A stretch of DNA of 64,000 bases from Selaginella moellendorffii. Its lineage: Eukaryota > Plantae > Lycopodiophyta. Positions 50,901-60,059 of the stretch are shown here, piece after piece. Below the pieces are notes generated by a model that saw only the letters and a list, made by a program, of their open reading frames with translations, did no database searches and was not told where the DNA came from. Made by a program: the position numbers and the translations under genes. Where the stretch lies: the NCBI RefSeq assembly GCF_000143415.4, contig NW_003314270.1, positions 395,961 through 459,960 of the forward strand, given 5' to 3'. Positions within the stretch are counted from its first letter, which is position 1. The number at the start of each line of letters is the position of its first letter.

Positions 50901-53900
50901 GCACGTTGTTCCGTTCGATTTCCTTGACGCGATCTGCAAGAACATTAGTTAATTGCATGGGGCCACATGCCATCAAACCTTCAGGTTCTTGTCGTGAGGT
51001 CTACGCTGCTTGCCCTAGTCTCTTTGGAATTTGAGCTGCAAAAAGCAATGGCATGAGAATTCACGTATAACAAAAATGATTGGTACCTCTCGTCCGTTGT
51101 ACTTGGCTGGTGCTTGCCTGTTTTGCCTTTGAAGAAGTGTCTCCTGCAAGGAATGGCATGAGACCACACGCCATTGCAAATATAATTTGTACCTCCTTTT
51201 TTCCTATTGCTTGTTTGTTTGTCCTTCTTTGATTCGCCACCAGTGCGCTTTTCAGTCCTCGTGTCTGAATATTCACAACGATCATGATGGCGTGAGGCCT
51301 CACGTGACCTTACCTTGTGCAGGTTGTGAGCTCGGCCCAACATGGGTATCTTTAACAGTAGCTGTTAACGCCGTTTCAGCATCTGGGGGTGGCCACGCTC
51401 CTTCATACAGAGCTTGTGAGATAACATTTAAACTTAAAGTGCGTACTCACCATGTTCGTAGAGAGGATACTGTTTTTCTTTGGCAACTGTAATTATATGC
51501 TCCATTGAAGTCACCTCTTCAATGGAGTTTGTCACCGCAACACAGGGGACACCCTTGAGTAGTGCGGCTCGAAAGAATGGTCCGCCACAGTTGTACTCGA
51601 CAACGCATTTGCCCTTGGAGTCGGAAGTAGGTGACCCACCCGCTATTGCGTTGAAGACCCAACTGAGCATTTCCCATGCTGCATCTGGAGCTTTCTCTGG
51701 ATTCGAAAGCTCCATAGCCGTCTTCAATTCCTCAGGCACAGGTAAATTGACCTCCCTCAGATCAATTCGATCGGCCTTGTCGAACAAAGCTGGGAAGTCA
51801 CTCCAGTCCCACTCTGCTACAGGACCAATAACAACGGCAAGTGTGAAGATGTGGACATTCGTCGGTATCTTCTTCTTAGCCATTATCCCATGGATCTCCT
51901 GCATCTCCTTGCCTTTCAAACGAGCCTTCACCTCGTTCAAGGCCTTCTAGAACTTGTGATAGGATTTGGAGTCATAGATCATATAGTGGACTGAAGATTC
52001 CACCTCCGCAAGTCCCACCATTAAGTCAATGATGGAGCTGACTTCGTCTGCATGAGTGATCTCCTCATTTGTGAAGTCCATCACACAAAAGATGTTCTTG
52101 ACCTGCTCATCTCCACGGGAAACGATGCTCCTCCACCTTTGATCCTCATCCGAATTCACGTATACCCGGTAAGGTTCTCGATAGGCCTCTGCTGCAGGGT
52201 CGAGCTGTTTCTGAAGCCGGCGGTCGACATCCCTCTTAATGAAATTTGGATACTGATCCAACTTCTCAGCTTTACTTTTCATGGCATCCCGCAGCAGATC
52301 GATGAACTTGGGGGCCCCCTTCATGTACTCGTCGATGTCTTCATTTGACAACTCCAGCTCTTCCATCATCTCTTGCGTGGTGTCGATGCTCACCCTCTCC
52401 ACAGCCACTTGCTCGAAGATCCAATCCTTCAATAGCGCACGAGCTCTCAGAGTCGTGCACAAGTCCTCGTATGTCACAATATGGCCGGGAGTCATTTTGG
52501 TCTTGTTGAAGACTACCTCACCACGTAGAAGAGCATTAGCCACTGTCAGAAGGTCGTCGTCGTCTAGAGACCGCAAGAAACGCAAGGCGTTAAGCTTCAA
52601 ATCATTGGGCTTCCGGCCGTCCTCCACACCCATTGAGTTTAGCAACTCCCCGTCATGGTACCTCCTCAGCACATCTACCCATTTGTCAAAAACAACTTTT
52701 GTCGCGAGTAGAATGTTATGGATGCTGAGTGTGTCATTGACCCCCAGTGTTTTCAAGAGAAGACTCGAGAATTCCTGCAATGGAAATGGCGTGAGGCCAC
52801 ATGCTATGCCACATGCAACGAGGCTTACCTGCCAAGCGCTAGTTGCTAGTGCACGTCCTTGTGCTGGTTTTTGTGGCTTCTTCAGTTGAACCCAAAGCTT
52901 CCGTGTTCGTGCCAATGTCTCATGCAGACCCGATTTGTAGCACGTTTCTTGCTTGACATTCTACGCGTGGGAGATGTATATGATAGATCGGAGGGGCGAG
53001 TTGCCTTTTATCAGGCGAACAACTCTTGTCTTGAAGACTTTCTTCACCTCCTCGCCTACCATAATATCCACAACTATCTCTTGCATCGCCAAGCTAGAAT
53101 ACTGCTCGGAGACGGCATAGAACCGGATGTTCTGATCGTCCAACACCTTCCTATTGATCAAGTCTGGAAACCTTGTCTCGCCCTTCATTGTTCGGTAGTA
53201 GGGGATCACGTCTGCGATGTCAGGTGTTACTGGACTTGCCAGCATCTTCTGCTTCAGTTTCTCCACCCACTCATCAGATACTAGCCTATGGTTGTATTTG
53301 CTTTGGATGTCGATGTGGCTCACGTCGATTATATATACTTTGTTGGAATAGTAACAAGTACTATTATATGCGACGATTTTTGCTGCCTCTTCTTGCTCTT
53401 TTTGCTCTTTGCGGCTCTTCTTTTTGGTGGGTGTAGTGTTCGAACCCGAGGCAATGGCATCACCGAGTAACTTCTTTTTTGGAGCAGGAGAGTCGGACGT
53501 CGGCTTGAGCTTGACCACCCTTTTCTGCTTCGGGGTAGTTTCCAGATCGACCCCCTTCCCCTTCACTTTGCGAACTAGAGTCACTCTCAACGGCTCAATG
53601 TTGGAATATAGTTTTTGAACATTGCCGTAGGTGAGGTCCGTGGATTCCATGTGATCTTCATAGACCCGCAGCGTCTTTGAAATTATGGGCCTCCTGGACA
53701 ACCTCTCCCTAGCTCCCTCTAGGAATTCCTCATAGCCGCTGCCCCCCTCCGGGAAGCCGCTAGGATGTGCAAGGTGGATCTTGAAGGCGGATGCTATCTC
53801 TACCACAAGTGCCAGTCCATATTCTTGCATGGAACTGCATGGAGTGTCTGTCACTTGGATGAGGATCCCCATGCATTCTTTTCTCCCACCATCTATGTTG

Positions 53901-54249
53901 TACAGCCTTAGATCCTTGTCTTCCATCCCGAAAGTCCAACTGGTGAGCTCCTCCCCCTTCTCTGCATCCACATTGACAGTGGCTGGAAGAAGAACGCAAT
54001 TCCTCGCCTGTTCAGAAATGCACAACAATTAGAGCTGACAGATGAAAAGCTAGCAGCTGGAAATAACGTGAGGCCACACACCATTCACCACTGCATCAGA
54101 TGTCTTGAGGCTGCATCCTAAGATGGTGTGAGGCTACACGCCATCTGTAACCGGACTGCACTCGAGAGCCCAATCGGTGCATGCCAATGTTGCTACTGAA
54201 TGGCATGTGGCCTCATGCCATTTTCTACTTGGCCTAAAAGACTTACCAT
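47951..54249 (-). pseudogene. 17-exon cargo gene (1772 codons, 3 in-frame TAG): ParB-like domain, degenerate DNA N6A/N4C methyltransferase fold, disordered linker, FCP1/NIF-like HAD phosphatase
   Basis: ATG at 54249-54247. Introns 54008-54246, 52775-52828, 51401-51450, 51265-51313, 51144-51192, 51036-51086, 50934-50978, 50797-50846, 50709-50760, 50550-50600, 50413-50459, 50258-50304 (GC-AG), 49664-49720, 49604-49648, 49449-49495, 48814-48860. Removing them (980 nt) leaves 5319 nt in one frame. Stops at 52961-52963, 51947-51949, 51001-51003. HAD motifs IVFDLNGVL, GVWTS, FVKP, IIDDSPIK are strong; the ParB and MTase calls are weaker, by-eye matches. Confidence 0.8.
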
Positions 54250-54902
54250 TTGAAGCCGAATGGAGGCGTGACAATCGAGGCTGGACTCGCTGGCGAATGT
54301 GCACTGTGTGTGCAGCGGATCGTAGCAGCAAGGCTACTCTGCCACTTACAGTTGGAGAGTGGCGCTGAAATCTCCCTAGACGCCAAGTGGGCTGCGTGTG
54401 GGTGGCGGAGTGGGCGGCGGAGTTGGTGACGAAGTTACAAACTGGGTGTGTCTTGAAGTGGACGCCGATGCACACGAGTGCGATGCGAGCGCGAGTGTGA
54501 TGCAAGCGCGAGTGGACGCCGATGCACACGAGAAACCTGTAGAGAAGGTAGATAAGCGCGAATGTGAGCGTGATTGCGAGTGGGAGCGCGATGCGAGCGC
54601 GAGTACGAAGCAAAATGCAAAACCTAACCTCACACGCGCGAAATGTCACGACAGTTGGTAATCCCGCAACGTCATCATTCCTCGGACTTGGGTGCCACCA
54701 TTAATTTCTGGATCGCCGCGCGCATGCATGCACGTGAAATCCAAAAGAAATCCGCAACGTCATCATTCCTCGGACTGCATGCACGTGAAATCCAAAAGAA
54801 AGATCATGATTGGGATATCATTTAATACCCTCGCTATATTTATACCATGCATGATTGGATATTCCAAAGCATCTTGTATTTCCAAAAATGCCATATGTTC
54901 AA

Positions 54903-56432
54903 AGAATGGTATACAATGTCCTTCTTGATGACCCTGCAAAGAAGGATCTCGATCGGACACCACATGAGACCACACGAGCCTTACAATGTTTCAGGGGCAT
55001 TTGCCATAGATCCGACCGTTATTTTGCTCCAAGATTCTACAATTTGGTGTGCATTGACCTTTCCATCGACACTACAAAGGGACATCACAATCAGATGCAG
55101 GATCACAAGAAACCAACTTCACTAACTCTGGTTTCACCAAGATCTACGTAAGGAGTTATGAAATGAAAGGACCCTCTCTATTGAAATGTGTTTATGGTCC
55201 TAGGGGCATTGTGACATATCAAAGGATTTTGCATCAAGTTCTGTATTTGCATGTTTATCAAGCTACTGAATTGCTAAACCCTAAACCCTCCCTAAATATG
55301 TGGCAAATGCTGCGTGAAAAAAGATGCCCTTTCTGGGCAAATGCTGTAAGAGGCAAATGCCGAGCAGTTACACGGCGAATAATCTTGGCGCGGATTGCTG
55401 ACATGGCATGGCAAAGTTCGAATCACTGACATGGCACAGCTGGATCGAGGCAAGGACATGATGTGACAAAGTTCAACGTCCGACAGCAAAGTCTAGAAGC
55501 TACTCAGTTTGAAATTTGTCAGAGGAATTATAAGATCTGGTTTGTCAGAGGATTTGATGTGACGTTCAAGCGTGTGGGCTCATGCAATTTTGATCCCAAA
55601 AGATGCACCAAAAAATGCTCGGCATCATCTGGCGTTGGCGTGGGGCCGCATGCCATTTTCAGGGGCACATAGGAGTATATTCCTAGAATATTCTAACATG
55701 CGCGAGATTTTTTTGAGTTTTCTGGAGATCCAACCCTTAGATCACAACTAGATTTTACAGAATGGTATACAATGTCCTTCTTGATGACCCTGCAAAGAAG
55801 CATCTCGATCGGACACCACATGAGACCACACGAGCCTTACAATATTTCAGGGGCATCTGCCATAGATCCGACCGTTATTTTGCTCCAAGATTTTACAGTT
55901 TGGTGTGCATTGACCTTTTCATCGACACTGCAAAGGGACATCACAATCAGATGCAGGATCACAAGAAACCAACTTCACTAACTCTGGTTTCACCAAGATC
56001 TACGTAAGGAGTTATGAAATGAAAGGACCCTCTCTATTGAAATGTGTTTATGGTTCTAGGGGCATTGTGACATATCAAAGGATTTTGCATCAAGTTCTGT
56101 ATTTGCATGTTTATCAAGCTACTGAATTGCTAAACCCTAAACCCTCCCTAAATATGTGGCAAATGCTGCGTGAAAAAAGATGCCCTTTCTGGGCAAATGC
56201 TGTAAGAGGCAAATGTCGAGTAGTTACACGGCGAATAATCTTGGCGCGGATTGCTGACATGGCATGGCAAAGTTCGAATCACTGACATGGCACAGCTGGA
56301 TCGAGGCAAGGACATGATGTGACAAAGTTCAACGTCCGACAGCAAAGTCTAGAAGCTACTCAGTTTGAAATTTGTCAGAGGAATCATAAGATCTGGTTTG
56401 TCAGAGGATTTGATGTGACGTTCAAGCGTGTG
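54903..56432. repeat. Near-identical 674-bp direct duplication (54903-55576 and 55759-56432) between the two divergent transposon genes
   Basis: Both copies run AGAATGGTATACAATG...TTCAAGCGTGTG with offset 856. The ORF track shows duplicated ORFs with few substitutions. Confidence 0.93.
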
Positions 56433-56865
56433 TTATTTTTGAATTCTCAAACTCATTCCTAGGTCTATCATTTTTGTGCGTCGTGTTCTTGGTTCCACTG
56501 AGCACAGTGAGCGCTGCTTGTGTAAGCGGCGTTGTGAGCTGTGGTTTATGCATCTACGAGCGGTTGTGGCATTGCGAGCACCATTGCGAGCGGCAGTTTA
56601 TGCGAGTGGCAGTTTGTGCGAGCGGCGCTACGAGCAGTTGCGGTGGTGCGAGCGGCGCTACGGTACCACTAATGGTATGAGGGCTCATGCCATCTTGGGG
56701 CTTGCAAGTTCATCACTAGCATATTGCTAATAGTTTCTTTACCTGCCTATAGCTGTGTGTTTATCAAGATGGTATGAGGGCTCATGCCATCTTGGGGCTT
56801 GCAAGTTCATCACTAGCATATTGCTAATAGTTTCTTTACCTGCCTATAGCTGTGTGTTTATCAAG

Positions 56866-57045
56866 ATGGCATGAGGCCTCATTCCATCTTTGGCCCCTGC
56901 TAGCCTATTGCCATATTCTTTTTGCCTTGCTGCAACTGTATGGGTGACTAGTCACGCACACAAAAATATATACAGTTGCAGCAAGGCAAAAGGAATATAG
57001 CAACAGGCTAGCAGGGGCCAAAGATAGCGTGAGGCCTCATGCCAT
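56866..57045. repeat. Long hairpin (~76-bp arms, ~28-nt loop) capped by palindrome copies and preceded by a 97-bp tandem repeat (56672-56865)
   Basis: ATGGCATGAGGCCTCA...TTTGGCCCCTGCTAGCCT...GCCTTGCTGCAACTGTAT pairs with ATACAGTTGCAGCAAGGC...AGGCTAGCAGGGGCCAAA...TGAGGCCTCATGCCAT. Confidence 0.92.
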
Positions 57046-57232
57046 TAGTGGTACCACTAATGGCATGAGGGCTCATGCCAATTTTGTGAATGCGAAATTT
57101 CACGTGGGTGTCAATAGCATGTTTGAATAATGGTATGTGGCCTCATGCTATTGAGGTTGTTTGGTATGTTATGATTTAGGCCATTCTCCAATCATTTTTT
57201 GTATGGTCTTAACTTCTTTTCTACACTTTCAG

Positions 57233-60059
57233 AATAGCCTCCGCAAGTGCAACGCATGTTCCCTCCGTGGATCTTAAGAACCGTGCTAAATGGATTCAGG
57301 CAAAGGTGTTTCTAAACAACCCCGAGGGGGAGGTGGTAGCTGAGGGCTTAGCCACAGTTGTCGATCCAAGAGATGCGGTTGCTAATCAAGAATTAGGCTG
57401 GGATGATATTAGAGTTGCGATTTTAGAGGTTGTTGACACAGAAGAAAACAGTCTGACTATTGGAAGCATTGTGCGGTGGAAATTGAGGCACTTAGTGTTT
57501 GAGAATGTGAAGGATTCACAATCAAACACCACTACAACTGATGACAGAACATCTCTTCATGGGAAAAGAAAGTACACCTTCCTAAAGCGCAGCCAAAGGG
57601 ATCTAAGCAACGAACTGAAAAGGCAGAAAATGGCGATGGAGGTTCAAATGGTCTCGACAGTTGCTTGTTGCAAGAGGAGGTGCTGTCAACATGCTGATTG
57701 GGATGTTATTGAAGAGGAGAGAGCAAGATACAAGACATTGTCCTGGAAGGCAGCTCGCAATTTTGTGTATGAGGCATTACGGTCATCTGTTGATGCTTCA
57801 GAACATCAGGTGGGGGGCATGGTCTTCCAGAGGGGTTTGGTCTGCATGAAGGCATGGAGAATCATTTATGGAGTCCCTCGAACCACATTCTACAGAATCA
57901 AAACTGAGTTCGAGGAACAAAGGGTTCAACAGGCAGTCCATGGGAACGACGGTACTCACAAAACCAGGGGTCATGTTATATATGGAGAGGCAATCTTCAA
58001 GAGGTTTGTCGAGACATATAGCAAGCAACAACCACATAAAACCCGCCTCTTGGAAGATGGAACACGAGACACCCAACGAGTTCTCCCTTCCATGTATACC
58101 AAGGGGGCCATATTGGAAGATATGAATCGGGAACTCCAGAGTAATGGCTACAGGAAGCTGAGCCAATCTAGATTTAGTAGATTGTGGAGCAACAGGTTCA
58201 GGGATGTGAGTATAGGAAAGTACTCCAGCTTTTCAAAGTGTGACGAGTGCACTGCTATCAAAATGGCTTTGTCGAAGAATTCTTGCATCGCTCAAGAGCG
58301 AGAGACGTTGGTTAGAAGGCGGCTCGACCACAACATCGAGCAGAGAAGCTGCAGGACTGCATATTATCATAACAGGATTCTCTCCATGGAGAGACCTGAC
58401 TCTTACCTCTGCATCATCCATGACAAAATGGACCAGAAAAAGACGTGCTTACCTCGACTCAATCCTGCCCCCAAGGTAATCTCTTCATCCATGCAGCTGC
58501 CTGTGTCTCTGTTTGGCATAATCGCTCATGGGCATGGTGCCCAGAACTATGGGAACTTCTTTGTACCTCTATGGGGTGGCGGGGGTGCAAACATGATGAT
58601 TGCGTCCCTAGCAAAACACTTAAGGTCTTTGCAAAGTGCGCAGACTGAGCTGAACGGCCAACCCTTGCATAACGCCCTTGTCGATCGAACCCCATACAGG
58701 GTTCAGCTAGAGGAGGAGCAAAGGCTTGCAGTATCGCGTGGGGCCCCATGCCATCCCAGTGAATATGTTGGCCGTCAGATTGTAGGGTTATCACGTGAGG
58801 CCTCATGCCATTCCGACGAGGCTAGTCGCCCGGTGAATGCACAGCCTCATCCAAATGAAGCAGAATCTCAAGGAAGTTCTTGCGGCCGATGTGGCCATCC
58901 ACCCCATCTTCTGCTCCAAACAGACAATGCTGGCAGTGAGAACAAAAACATGTACGTCTTTGCGTACTTGGCGATGCTTGTTGCCAAAGGCATATTTGAA
59001 ATGGTTACACTTGGCTTTCTCATGGTTGGGCACACTCATGAAGACGTCGATGCCATGTTCAATCACCTGGCAGAGTCCCTCCGGCGATCCAATGTCCTCA
59101 CCCTCCCACAACTCTACGATGAATTCCAAAATTGCATCAAAGGCACTGTTGAAGCTGCACTTGTGACAGAGGTTCCAGACTTTAAGGGGTTTGTAAAAGG
59201 CTACATCAGGGACGGATCCGAAACGCTGATTGGCCACTCCAAGCCTCTTCAGTTTCATTTCAGCATGCATGACGGTGCTCCAGTGATGAGGTACAAGATG
59301 AGAGAATGGGACACAGTGTGGCTGCCAGTGGACGGCATTGAACTCTTCAAGAGAGATCCCATAACTGGGGAACCTATGATTCCTCAGGGTTCCCCACGGC
59401 CGATGCACCCGGATGGACTCAAAGACCAGGAAAGTATAGTGGCCGGGATTAGATAGCATATTGCCTTCTGGAAGAGGGGGTTGGTGTTTGGTGGAGAATC
59501 CTATTTTAAGAGGTGCAAGCCTTTGCTTGAATACTGGGAGAAGATTATATCTGCTATCCAAAATGGGCCAGTTGTATATGAAGAATTGGAAGAGTCCTTT
59601 TGGCTAGAACCCAGAGCACCAGATAGTAGCGGAACAATGTCCTCTAGAAATGCAGTGACAGATAACGATGTTGAGGATCACTATTGTGGGCCGAGGAACA
59701 AGAAGCCGGATTCAACATTCAATCCAGTACAGGTCTACAAAGGAATGGTCCTGCTTGTCTGACCCAGTAATAAAAAACAAATGATATGGGTGGGGCGCTG
59801 CATCACTGATGCAGAGGAGGACGCGGAAACTAACTCCTTCAATGTAACTGTGGAGTGGTTCAAACCAAGTTCCGGATATACGAAGGATTGCCTAGAAAAG
59901 AGATGGGTGCTGAATCCAAGGGATCCCAGCATGAGCATATCGGTGGATAATGTTGTGCATGGTTGGATGCGGAAGCAGAGTGCCACCATTACCTTGCCAG
60001 ACCATGCAAGAGATGCAGCAAGAGCATTTATAACCCGGGTTCAAGGTGAGATTCATTAA
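57233..60059 (+). pseudogene. Sola-type DDD transposase (~930 aa) with two in-frame stops
   Basis: ORFs 57267-59456, 59481-59762 and 59781-60059 share one frame (TAG 59454-59456, TGA 59760-59762). Motifs: CCKRRC...VCMKAW..IYGV, FSKCDEC (CxxC...H), IIHDKMDQ, LQTDNAGSENKN, FLMVGHTHEDVDAMF. Splice acceptor at 57232, so the true start is probably in an upstream exon. Confidence 0.85.

Noticed and set aside
50258-51313. CRISPR-like array (palindromic repeat with ~100-150-bp unique spacers)
   Set aside because: Eukaryotic context, irregular spacing, degenerate repeats and no cas genes. The spacers are in-frame exons and the repeats lie in introns.
54134-56730. Short ORFs in the transposon's central region
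   Set aside because: No recognisable domains. They arise from GC-rich repeats and the 674-bp duplication. An upstream transposase exon may be here but I could not define it.
58803-59561. 252-aa minus-strand ORF
   Set aside because: Antisense shadow of the transposase catalytic region.
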